Below are positions 1 through 8,528 of a DNA stretch of 28,280 bases, piece after piece. A program made the translations under genes and the position numbers. Each line of letters opens with the position of its first letter. Position 1 is the stretch's first letter. Origin of the DNA: a virus (Duplodnaviria > Caudoviricetes). The stretch is from positions 1-28,280 of the IMG/VR virus record IMGVR_UViG_3300020045_003515; one strand, 5' to 3'. The notes beneath the pieces are model-generated. The model made no database searches, was not told where the DNA came from, and saw only the letters and a program-made list of their open reading frames with translations.

Positions 1-953
1 GTTATTATTCCTTCTGCTGGAACTCTAAACACAGTGTCATCCCCATAACCAGCTATATAAGTATAACCATAGGAATCTCTAGTAGCATTTCTAGGGTTAA
101 GACCAATTATACTTGATGTTAAGACTGCTCCTGCTAAGCTAACTTCTTTATAAGTATTGTCACTTGTTGAGGTAACTCCTAGTGTGTTTGTATCAGCGAA
201 GTAAGTTACATAAGCTAAGGCATCTGACAAGGTGTATGTAGTAGTTATAGTACCTAAGGTTGGTTGAATCTTGATAAGTTTCCCACCATTAGTTACCCAA
301 CCAGTGTAGATAAATTGTTGAGTACCTTGTAAAGTTACCCAAAGGTCATTGCCATCAAAAGCTACACCTACTGGAGCTATTCCCCAACTATAAGCAGCTA
401 CCATAGCTCCAGAAGTATTTATTCTGGCTACTTTGTTAGCTGTAAATAAGGTTGCCCATAGAAAAGTACCATCAAAAGCCATAGAAAGTACTTCTGAGTT
501 AGTAATTGTTGTACTAAGAAGAACCCCAGAAGTATTAATCTTATAGATTAACCCAGCATGACTATCCCCAAGCCATAAGTTAGTACCATCAAATAGAATA
601 GTTTGCAGTCCTTTACCTATTAGATAGTGTGCTACAAATGTTCCATCTAAGTTTAGTTTAGTAACCCCAGTCTTATTAAGACTTATTAGATACAGGTATG
701 TACCATCTGTTGCCATACCTATGGTAAAATCAGAAGTTGGGGTACTTACTAAGGTGGCAGTTGAACTAATATCCCCAACGGTAGTGCCTAAGGTGGCAGG
801 GTCATACTTTTCAATATAACCTCCTGTATTTGTTACCCAGACTGTATCATTAGCATCTGTAAGGCTGAACCATTTAAAGCCTAGTGTGAATGAAGGGGGT
901 GGTATGTACAGAGCCTCTCCCAGTACACCTCTTGGTTTATAGATAGGAATCAT
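1..953 (-). CDS. Beta-propeller protein (YncE/NHL/Vgb-like blades), probable virion or receptor-binding protein; 3' end outside window
   Basis: Not in the ORF track. ATG at 953, one base past the stop of the 237-aa ORF, and open to the window edge (>=317 codons: MIPIYKPRGVLGE...FRVPAEGII). Repeated blade motifs ATDGTYLYL, LFDGTNLWL, AFDGTFLWA, AFDGNDLWV about 40 aa apart. Confidence 0.8.
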   Translation of the reverse strand, partial: MIPIYKPRGVLGEALYIPPPSFTLGFKWFSLTDANDTVWVTNTGGYIEKYDPATLGTTVGDISSTATLVSTPTSDFTIGMATDGTYLYLISLNKTGVTKLNLDGTFVAHYLIGKGLQTILFDGTNLWLGDSHAGLIYKINTSGVLLSTTITNSEVLSMAFDGTFLWATLFTANKVARINTSGAMVAAYSWGIAPVGVAFDGNDLWVTLQGTQQFIYTGWVTNGGKLIKIQPTLGTITTTYTLSDALAYVTYFADTNTLGVTSTSDNTYKEVSLAGAVLTSSIIGLNPRNATRDSYGYTYIAGYGDDTVFRVPAEGII

Positions 954-954
954 C

Positions 955-1668
955 TTAGCTACTCTCTGCAATAGATAAGACACCAGCAGTAGCTGAGATT
1001 GCCGCTACTTTTGTAACAGATGGGTTTACCTTAAAGGGATAGGAGGGGACACCAGCAGTTAGTAGAATCGCTGGTTCTTGTCCTATCGCTACAGTAGGAT
1101 TTGTACCAATAGTTACCCAAGTATCTACGGTAGCTGTTAAGACTATACGTTTAGTAGCTGCACTTATAACAGCACTTACGGTTTCTACAGCAGAGGTAGC
1201 CAAGATTTGTCCTAGTATTAATACCACAGACTGCTCTATAGAGATTCCAGCTAGTAGAACTGCTAGAGCTGTTTGACTAGCTTCTGTTGCCGCATTAGCA
1301 GCTAAACCAACTGGTACTGGTGTGGCTCTTAGCTGTGTATCCGTTAAACCTTGAGTTAATCCAGTCTCTGCGGTAACAGTACCAGTAACTTCTACAGAAG
1401 AAACACCATAAGGTACTGGAGTTCCTGTAATAGTATAGGCACTACCATCAGATAGTTTCCAATTAGTTAAAACTGGAGGTGTATCTGCCGAAACTCTTTT
1501 GAAAAACAAAGTTCCATCTGTATCTTGCATTACGATGTTATCTACCGTGGCAACTGTAGACCCTCCACCAGAACCTCCTAAATCTTCTTTTGTTATATAT
1601 TCAACACCACCATCACCTGTTTGGATAATTGAACCTGTTTGTTTTACTGCTAGTAAGACTGTTTCCAT
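955..1668 (-). CDS. Hypothetical virion/tail-associated protein, 237 aa
   Basis: RBS AAGGA upstream on the - strand. Gly-rich linker (GGSGGGS) and an LTDTQLRATPVPV motif of the kind seen in phage tail-associated proteins. T/V/A-rich, beta-type C-terminus. Confidence 0.7.
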   Translation of the reverse strand: METVLLAVKQTGSIIQTGDGGVEYITKEDLGGSGGGSTVATVDNIVMQDTDGTLFFKRVSADTPPVLTNWKLSDGSAYTITGTPVPYGVSSVEVTGTVTAETGLTQGLTDTQLRATPVPVGLAANAATEASQTALAVLLAGISIEQSVVLILGQILATSAVETVSAVISAATKRIVLTATVDTWVTIGTNPTVAIGQEPAILLTAGVPSYPFKVNPSVTKVAAISATAGVLSIAESS

Positions 1669-1747
1669 TGTAGTTCCTTAATTATAATATGTAAGTGTAC
1701 TTTTTAATATTGTTCGGGTATACCTTTGAGACCGGATACCATAAGGC

Positions 1748-3166
1748 TCATAAGTATAAAAATCTTGCTCTAAGAACCATAACCCCTCCTGCGGCATTAT
1801 GAAAAGCTATACTAGCATTTGTTGTTTGGTTTGTTTTAGCTATTAGGTAATAAAGCGTCTTGGCTGCTATCAAAGTATTTTTAAACCTAGTTATAGTTCC
1901 CGAAGCTACTATCGTTCCAGATGCTCCTGCATTTGAGACATATCCAAGTAAGTCTGCATCCGATACAGAGCTATTGCTAGTAGAAAGGGCTACAAACATA
2001 TTTGCAGTTGTTTGTGCCGCATTAGATGTAGTTAGAGCAACTACTTGAAAAGATAGTTCCCATGCACCAATAGGCACAGCTATTTGTTCAGCAGTTGTCC
2101 CTAAGTTGTAGTAAACATTCTGTGTTGGGGTTGCTTGTGATTGCGAAGTTGTGTCATTTACTACAACATCCCATTTAGTAGGACTCATAGGAAAACCAAA
2201 TGGGGCTTTTTGTAGACTGAAATACGGCAATGTTATTGCTGCGTTAGCTAATGTATAATCTGTACCTCCATACAAAGTTATAGGTGTAACTCCACCAGAA
2301 TAAGCTCCTATAGCTGTAACTACAAAGTATTTAACAGTAGTTTGAGTTAATTTTATACGACTCCCTAAACTTAGATAACCTGTTGCATCTCCTGTCATAT
2401 TCATAACAAAAGTAGGACTATCTGCTGATACATAAGCACAAGCTCCTAAGGTTATCCAGCCAGATACATCATACCCTCCTAGGTAAGCTGGAGAGGCTAC
2501 AGGCAATCCTGCGGCATTTGTTAGGTTTATCGCACTGGGAGTTCCTAAGTTAGGGGTTACTAAAGATAGATTAACATAACTCTGTAAGTTAGTAGCATTA
2601 CCAACAGTAAGTCCAGTGGCATTACCATTACAATTAGTTAAATTCCCACTCGCTGGAGTTCCTAAAGCTGGTGTTGTTAGGTTTGGGCTATTAGAAAGTA
2701 CAAGACTGCCAGAGCCTGTAGAAAGGTTTACACCAGAACCACCTTTATCTACTGTTAGAATACCCTCTACTTGAGAAGTTAGATTAATCCCAGTTAAGTT
2801 ACCTCCTAGAGTTAAATTACCACCTGTTCCAGTGGCATTACCAGTTATAGTTAAGCCATTAACAGTACCATTACCCTGTACAAAGGAAAGGTTGCTTGTT
2901 CCTTTATTATTAAAAGTATTCCAATCTGTGCTAGTTAAAGCCCCTGCTTGTGTTGTATTTGCAATGTTAATACTTATATTAGGAGAAGACCCACCACTAA
3001 CAACAATAGGACTTGTTGCATTTATAGTTGAAATCCCACTAATATTGGCTACGGTATCTTGTAAAGCTTCAATGTCAGTCTTTGCGGCTGCAAAGTTAGC
3101 CCTAAGTTCTGCTGAACTTACCAAACTATTAGTTACTGGGATAGTTATATTAATTGTACTTGCCAT
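1748..3166 (-). CDS. Putative tail fibre/spike protein, 472 aa
   Basis: GGAGA RBS. N-terminal 'ELRANFAAAKTDIEALQ' attachment/coiled motif. G/T/N-rich shaft with repeated TP(A/N)LGTP...NLTN units and a distinct C-terminal domain. Lies directly downstream of J. Confidence 0.75.
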   Translation of the reverse strand: MASTINITIPVTNSLVSSAELRANFAAAKTDIEALQDTVANISGISTINATSPIVVSGGSSPNISINIANTTQAGALTSTDWNTFNNKGTSNLSFVQGNGTVNGLTITGNATGTGGNLTLGGNLTGINLTSQVEGILTVDKGGSGVNLSTGSGSLVLSNSPNLTTPALGTPASGNLTNCNGNATGLTVGNATNLQSYVNLSLVTPNLGTPSAINLTNAAGLPVASPAYLGGYDVSGWITLGACAYVSADSPTFVMNMTGDATGYLSLGSRIKLTQTTVKYFVVTAIGAYSGGVTPITLYGGTDYTLANAAITLPYFSLQKAPFGFPMSPTKWDVVVNDTTSQSQATPTQNVYYNLGTTAEQIAVPIGAWELSFQVVALTTSNAAQTTANMFVALSTSNSSVSDADLLGYVSNAGASGTIVASGTITRFKNTLIAAKTLYYLIAKTNQTTNASIAFHNAAGGVMVLRARFLYL

Positions 3167-3177
3167 GAGTATCTCCG

Positions 3178-5559
3178 TTAAAATTGTAGTGGCGAATAGC
3201 CATCATAGTATATACTAGAATCATAATGACAACCAGTATCATATCTGGTTTCAGCAAAACTAAAAGTAACGGCTTTACTAGGTAAATCTAGCGAACTTAT
3301 AGCTGTTACAGTGAAGAAATAAGTTACATTAGCCTGAAGAACCTGTGCAATAAAGTCTAAACTTTTAGTAGTAGTGGTAGCTGTACCAGAAGTTCCATAG
3401 GAAGTTGTGTAGTCTACTTGATAAGTATAACTTCGTCCAGTAATTTGAGTATGCTCCCAAGTTACAACAAAGTGTTTATTAGTTATGTCAGCTAGGTTTG
3501 TTAAATCTTGTAACTGTATATTACTAACAGCAGTAGTTTTACCTCTACTAACTTCAATAAAATTATTAGTACTTGGTAGTGTAACTATTTGCTCAATAAA
3601 GTCATACTTTCTAGCATCATATTTAGTAGCTTCTATTAAGTAGAGGTTATCTTCTTTAGTGATATTTGTTACTTTATAGGGTGTTGTTCTTTCAGACTTT
3701 TGAATAAAGATACTTTGTTCAATAAGTTCTAAAGTACCAGTGTAATCTGCTGATACTTCTGTAAGAGTTCCTGCAATTTCATTAAGCATTAGTTCTATTA
3801 AAGTCCCATCGGACTTATAAACCATTAAGGTAGTTATACCAGCTAAAGTAATTGCTCTATCCAATACTAGGCTAATTCCAACTGGACTAGCTATATAACT
3901 AACCACCCTTCCAGTCTCAATTGTATCAAACAAATTACTATCGTGTATTCTTATCAAACTCCCTTTATGTAGCATAACTGCTTCTATAAGACACCTGAAT
4001 TGAACTATCCCATCACCTGCTAGGTCAATCATAAGAGAGTCCCATAGAAGGTTTCTACCTTTACGAACTCCAGCAGATATACTAGCACACCCTAACATAA
4101 GAAAGTCAGAGCTAGTATAGCCATATAAGTCTACAAAATGCCCTCTAGTAAGTCCAAGGAAGTCCTCTAGTTCATCCACTAATACTGTAATTGTCCTTGT
4201 TCTATTTCTATTATCAATCTCTTGTATGGTTACGTTTATCTGTGTATTGTTATCAGTAATATCTGCACTAGCATATTCAAATAAACCTTCTTGAACATTT
4301 TGGTTAGTGAAGATTAAGCTTTGGTTAATCTCGGTAGTAGAGAATCGTCTATCCCATACAATAGATACTAATCCACCATACTCTATAAGTTCTGCATTGC
4401 CAACAGTAAGTAAATCATCCCTAGCAATTTTAGCATCTTTTCTTTCGATAAACTGTCTGTTAAGCGTATATCTTCTTTCAGTTAATGTAGGTGAGCTAGG
4501 AGTTTCCTTATAAGAAAGTAGTTCATCACAGTATCTTGCATATTCTTCAAAAGTGAAGTGAGCAAGATGTACTTTTGGAATATCACAACCACGGGGGTAT
4601 CGTATTCCATCAACCTCAAAGAATAGCCAATCGCTTAAGAAGTTATAAATAACCCAACTTAGATTATTATTATATTGGTAGATTGGTATACCTGCTACTG
4701 TGTGAAAAGTACCATCCCAAGTTAATCTACTTGGGTCTGTTGGAGATACAAAGGTAGTTCCATTACTATATAAACCATTAAAAGCATCATAATAGGCACT
4801 GGTTGGCAGCATTAACTTTACACCAGAACCTCTAACAGATATAGTTGGTATCCTATTAGATACCTCAGAAGCATCCTCTAAGCGGATAGCTATTAAAGCT
4901 GACCCAGCATAGTTACTAATATTCTCCGTACTATAGTAAGTAATATGTGGTATAGTCATAACCACAGCCTCGTCTAATGGGAAAATAGTGGTAGACTTAT
5001 GCGCTATCTTAACACCCCATTCATGGTCTCCTGTATTGCTAGTTGGTCTATAAGCTCTAAAGGTTGCTTGGTATTGTCCATCACTTTTACCAACAATATT
5101 TTGTGTAGATGCAAGAGTATAACTTGGAGCTACATAACTATCAGAAGTAGAAATATCAAAAAATACCATAGCATAGACAGAATCACCTTCGGTAGTTTTA
5201 TGAACTACTTGACTAAAGTTCACTGCAATATCTACATATTCGTAATCACCTGATATAGGTCTAACTACACCCGCAGGGTCTGCCTGAGGTAATGGGACAT
5301 CAACACCTTCGGTTAAAGAGGTAGAGTTTAGATGTGCAATACTTCCTTGATTAACTTCACCCCTTGTAAACGACCAACTAGCAGTAAATTCAGTAATACT
5401 AACATCATCAATATAAATATCTTCTATGTTAGTTATTTCTCCCTCACTAACTACAAATAATAAGTAAAGAGCTTGAGTAGTCTTTAAATTAGCTGGATAG
5501 CTAACTGGTTTAGCTGGTGGGCTACCACCTTCCCCATATAGTCTAGGTAAAGTATTCAT
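3178..5559 (-). CDS. Tail tip / host-specificity protein J-like (short form, ~793 aa)
   Basis: Motifs VSEGEI, WDGTF, NLSWVIYNFL, ARYCDEL, FTNQNVQEGLFEY and LGCAS..G.RKGR, plus a C-terminal FN3-like segment. Start placed at ATG 5559, an ATGA overlap with the stop of the I-like gene. Confidence 0.88.
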   Translation of the reverse strand: MNTLPRLYGEGGSPPAKPVSYPANLKTTQALYLLFVVSEGEITNIEDIYIDDVSITEFTASWSFTRGEVNQGSIAHLNSTSLTEGVDVPLPQADPAGVVRPISGDYEYVDIAVNFSQVVHKTTEGDSVYAMVFFDISTSDSYVAPSYTLASTQNIVGKSDGQYQATFRAYRPTSNTGDHEWGVKIAHKSTTIFPLDEAVVMTIPHITYYSTENISNYAGSALIAIRLEDASEVSNRIPTISVRGSGVKLMLPTSAYYDAFNGLYSNGTTFVSPTDPSRLTWDGTFHTVAGIPIYQYNNNLSWVIYNFLSDWLFFEVDGIRYPRGCDIPKVHLAHFTFEEYARYCDELLSYKETPSSPTLTERRYTLNRQFIERKDAKIARDDLLTVGNAELIEYGGLVSIVWDRRFSTTEINQSLIFTNQNVQEGLFEYASADITDNNTQINVTIQEIDNRNRTRTITVLVDELEDFLGLTRGHFVDLYGYTSSDFLMLGCASISAGVRKGRNLLWDSLMIDLAGDGIVQFRCLIEAVMLHKGSLIRIHDSNLFDTIETGRVVSYIASPVGISLVLDRAITLAGITTLMVYKSDGTLIELMLNEIAGTLTEVSADYTGTLELIEQSIFIQKSERTTPYKVTNITKEDNLYLIEATKYDARKYDFIEQIVTLPSTNNFIEVSRGKTTAVSNIQLQDLTNLADITNKHFVVTWEHTQITGRSYTYQVDYTTSYGTSGTATTTTKSLDFIAQVLQANVTYFFTVTAISSLDLPSKAVTFSFAETRYDTGCHYDSSIYYDGYSPLQF

Positions 5560-6197
5560 GAAAATTTCATCCAATTAGAAGGATAGTTCATACCTTCTGG
5601 AAAGGTTGCAATTGGTATAACATCTGGATAAACTGATAAGGCTTGCTCTAGTCTAAGACCTATACGAACTCCTCCAAAAAGACAGTTACCAAACACAACT
5701 GGAACACTTCCCCCTTGTTCAGTTATGTTAGGGACACCATTATATAGTTTAGATAGGTTGGAAGGGTCTTGGTTGTTATCTAGTTTATTTTGTGGGGTTA
5801 AGGCACGAACTAACATACCAAGACCAATGATTACACCTACATAAATTATAGTAGCTACTACATAGCCTACAGCTACCGCAGTAGCCGCAGAAGCTCCAGC
5901 AGCGGCAGCTCCAGCAGCAATAGCAGCCGCAACAGATGTAAAATAAGCGTCACCAGTTATCTTAGGACAAATTACTAAAACATCATAATTACTAATATCA
6001 AATTCCAACATAGTTGGTAGTATAGGATAAGCCTTCTCTTTATCTTGCATATAAACTGTATAGCAAAGTTCTTTCTCTGAAACTTCTTTAAATATCTCAG
6101 GTTTATTTATTTTAAGATAGTCATAAAGTTGTACTAAATTAACTACTTGTACATCAAAGCGTTCTCCTATGTTACCATTGAAGTATATAATCTGCAT
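5556..6197 (-). CDS. Tail assembly protein I-like
   Basis: N-terminal domain ending CPKITG, Ala-rich hydrophobic segment, and C-terminal NITEQGGSVPVVFG motif typical of lambda gpI homologs. Lies between K and J. Confidence 0.87.
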   Translation of the reverse strand: MQIIYFNGNIGERFDVQVVNLVQLYDYLKINKPEIFKEVSEKELCYTVYMQDKEKAYPILPTMLEFDISNYDVLVICPKITGDAYFTSVAAAIAAGAAAAGASAATAVAVGYVVATIIYVGVIIGLGMLVRALTPQNKLDNNQDPSNLSKLYNGVPNITEQGGSVPVVFGNCLFGGVRIGLRLEQALSVYPDVIPIATFPEGMNYPSNWMKFS

Positions 6198-6198
6198 C

Positions 6199-6978
6199 TT
6201 AGTTACCTATAGCTGGGTGTCTATAAACCTTAGTTATCTTATTAAGATAAAGTTCTAAAGGTTCAATCTTTGAATAGTCACCTTGATTAAGAATTGTACC
6301 GTTTCCTAGATAAATCATGGCATGATTATCCTTAAACCCTAGTATAGATATAATCAAAAGGTCTCCTTTCTGTAACTGCCCTGTCTTAGTAATATCAATA
6401 AGATTATTACTCTTAATAGCTTCTCCAACATTATCTTGTTGAAGTAAATTATGCTCCTGCAATTTATTATCTTCAAGGACTCTTTTTACCAAAGATGCCC
6501 AACTTTTCTTTTCTGTAAGATGGTCTGTTAGTGGAATCTTAATATTAATCCCAAACTCGAAGTGATAATAATCCCTAATAAGACAACCACAGTCTGATAC
6601 TCCGAAGATGTACGGTCTATTTAGATACTCTCTTGAAGGTTCTGGTGGAACTTTCAAGGGTTGGTAGTATTGACTCCCATCAAAAGCAGAGATATACAAA
6701 GGAAGGCTAACTGTAATAGCTAGTGTAAGGTCAGCCATAGAGGGTGTTTGTATGTGTACATGGCTCTTTTTGGTATGTGAATGTATGATAGCATAGATAG
6801 AGTCTTTATGTTCTAGGAACTTTAAAGGACAAAGTTCAAAAGATTTAGTTGGATTCTCTGCTATGTTTGGTTGTTCATGTAGGCTACCATCATGGTATAA
6901 GTATCCACAAAACTCGTTTGGGAAAGCCCTACGGGTAGCTAGTTCTATTTTAAGTAAAGTTGCATCTGAAAGTATCAT
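6199..6978 (-). CDS. Tail assembly protein K-like (JAB/MPN + NlpC/P60)
   Basis: JAB motif E-FCG ... HSH-x10-SMAD. NlpC/P60 motifs DCGCLIRDYY and NHAMIYLG. RBS GGAGA upstream. Confidence 0.92.
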   Translation of the reverse strand: MILSDATLLKIELATRRAFPNEFCGYLYHDGSLHEQPNIAENPTKSFELCPLKFLEHKDSIYAIIHSHTKKSHVHIQTPSMADLTLAITVSLPLYISAFDGSQYYQPLKVPPEPSREYLNRPYIFGVSDCGCLIRDYYHFEFGINIKIPLTDHLTEKKSWASLVKRVLEDNKLQEHNLLQQDNVGEAIKSNNLIDITKTGQLQKGDLLIISILGFKDNHAMIYLGNGTILNQGDYSKIEPLELYLNKITKVYRHPAIGN

Positions 6979-7008
6979 ATTATCTCCAATAAGGTTATTA
7001 TAGCTAGA

Positions 7009-7533
7009 CTAAATAGACTTAGTGTAAGCAAGCCCTTCAAATCTCATCTTATCTCTACCATCCCTAAGCATTTGTCGCCTTGGGTATTTCATCTGCTTAA
7101 AGTTAGTATAAGTTCCCATTCCATAGACTAATTGTCCAGCTTGCTTACTTAACATCTGGTCAATTGTAAAATGTCTCTTCATTAAAAACAAAGGTGTACT
7201 ACTTCCTACATCCTCTCCTATATAACTCTCTGTCGTCTGTACATACATTACTTTAGCACCTTTAAGATTAGGTACTTTGTAAACTGCGGAAAGCCAATAA
7301 GCATCCCTTTTAGCTATAGATAACTTAGGGGTGTCATTAGCATTTGTTTCATTAAATGTAACATCTGAGATTATAATTGGAAACGCAAGGTATTCCTGAC
7401 TATCCCAGAATAAACTCCCAGAACGTAGTGAACTAGTTAAACGATAATATACTCCATTGTACAATATCTCAAATAACTCCACAAGATTTGGGAGTTCTAG
7501 CTTTTGGATAAGTTGTAAGTTTTCGTCTGACAT
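7009..7533 (-). CDS. Minor tail protein L-like (no C-terminal Cys cluster)
   Basis: IQKLE...LVELFEI, W-x3-YLAFPI, PKLSI, LKGAKV and PRRQM motifs match the gpL N-terminal domain. First gene of the L-K-I-J run. Confidence 0.82.
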   Translation of the reverse strand: MSDENLQLIQKLELPNLVELFEILYNGVYYRLTSSLRSGSLFWDSQEYLAFPIIISDVTFNETNANDTPKLSIAKRDAYWLSAVYKVPNLKGAKVMYVQTTESYIGEDVGSSTPLFLMKRHFTIDQMLSKQAGQLVYGMGTYTNFKQMKYPRRQMLRDGRDKMRFEGLAYTKSI

Positions 7534-7539
7534 AACGGC

Positions 7540-7573
7540 TTGACAGGTTTATAAAGTATGCGCTATAGTACCA
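7540..7573. promoter_or_regulatory. Divergent sigma70-like promoter pair with overlapping -10 elements
   Basis: + strand: TTGACA (7540-7545), 18 bp, TATAGT (7564-7569). - strand: extended -10 TGG-TACTAT (7573-7565). This is the only intergenic gap between the two divergent arms. Confidence 0.6.
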
Positions 7574-7610
7574 TATAAATAAAGGATACACCACTAAATA
7601 AGGCACTTAT

Positions 7611-7898
7611 ATGACTGACCGTAGAAGCAATCCCGCTGAGATAGATTATAAAAGGCTGTTAGAAGAGCATATTGTTTCAGAAGAGCTTTACAAACAGCAA
7701 ACTACAGCATCCTTAATTACTCTTAGCAGTAAACTAGATGAGTTAACAGCTTCTACCACCGCAGTTGTTGAAGCTTATAAAACTGCGCAACAAGCTATTA
7801 AAATATCAACTTTCTTTGGTAGACTTGTAAAATTCACAATGGGAATTATCTTAGCCTATTATGCTTTAGATGGTTATCTCCATGCTTCTCATAAATAA
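7611..7898 (+). CDS. Small coiled-coil protein with C-terminal hydrophobic helix; holin/antiholin-like candidate
   Basis: Coiled-coil LSSKLDEL segment followed by the hydrophobic FTMGIILAYYAL. AAGG RBS. Function is inferred only from topology. Confidence 0.5.
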   Translation: MTDRRSNPAEIDYKRLLEEHIVSEELYKQQTTASLITLSSKLDELTASTTAVVEAYKTAQQAIKISTFFGRLVKFTMGIILAYYALDGYLHASHK

Positions 7899-7907
7899 AT
7901 AAACATT

Positions 7908-8528
7908 ATGGCTTCTTATATAGAAACTCCAGATACTCCAGCAGTTCTTAGTAGAGTTCAAGAACTTTGTGGTATTAATCCTAAGACATGGAAAGACCTA
8001 ACGGATATTGGGACGTTTCGTGAGTGTATTACATATAAAGACTTTGCAACTACGCTTGTGAACTATTATCGACAGAATAAAGAAGCTAAGGATTTAGTTG
8101 TAAAAGCTAAGCTTGCAGAAGCTGAGGCTAAGCCAAGATTCAAGAACTCGGAATTAAGGGATAAACTAGACCAAGTAACAATAGCCGAGAAGATTCAGAA
8201 GATTAACCTAGACAAAACTAGACAAGAAGAATTACTTATAAAAGTCTTAGTATCTAGATTAGAGTATATTGCTAAAGGTAACATAGAAGCCTTACTCTTA
8301 TCCTCTTTCACTAACATTTGTAATATGTTACGACATACAGCAGAGGAAAATCCACAAGTACAGGAAGTAATAGACAGGTGTATTAAAGAAATATATGACC
8401 TTGCTATACAACTAGAAGAAGATGCTATCTTGGATAGACAAAACTATGTAACAACCAAACTAAAGACTGAGTTCTCTATTGAAGAGATTGAAAGTACATT
8501 TGATTTCACTATGGAAGAAGAGTCTTAA
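7908..8528 (+). CDS. terS: Terminase small subunit (gpNu1-like)
   Basis: Immediately upstream of terL. N-terminal HTH-like LSRVQELCGINPKTWKDL..G followed by a long coiled coil, the Nu1 architecture. Confidence 0.75.
   Translation: MASYIETPDTPAVLSRVQELCGINPKTWKDLTDIGTFRECITYKDFATTLVNYYRQNKEAKDLVVKAKLAEAEAKPRFKNSELRDKLDQVTIAEKIQKINLDKTRQEELLIKVLVSRLEYIAKGNIEALLLSSFTNICNMLRHTAEENPQVQEVIDRCIKEIYDLAIQLEEDAILDRQNYVTTKLKTEFSIEEIESTFDFTMEEES

Noticed and set aside
1669-1747. Possible promoter or hairpin between the fibre and 237-aa genes
   Set aside because: TATAAT on the - strand abuts the RBS with no convincing -35; the GGTAT/ATACC stem is weak and has no U-tract.
1-3166. Diversity-generating retroelement or invertible fibre cassette
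   Set aside because: No reverse transcriptase, no TR/VR pair, no invertase or inverted crossover repeats seen in the window.
5560-5574. J start at 5574 as given in the track
   Set aside because: ATG 5559 forms an ATGA coupling with the I-like stop and is more plausible.
5820-5935. Ala-rich low-complexity tract in gene I as a repeat element
   Set aside because: A hydrophobic Ala/Gly-rich segment is normal for gpI homologs.
7534-7907. cos site upstream of terS
   Set aside because: Expected for GpA terminases, but I could not identify a cosN dyad or repeated TerS-binding boxes.
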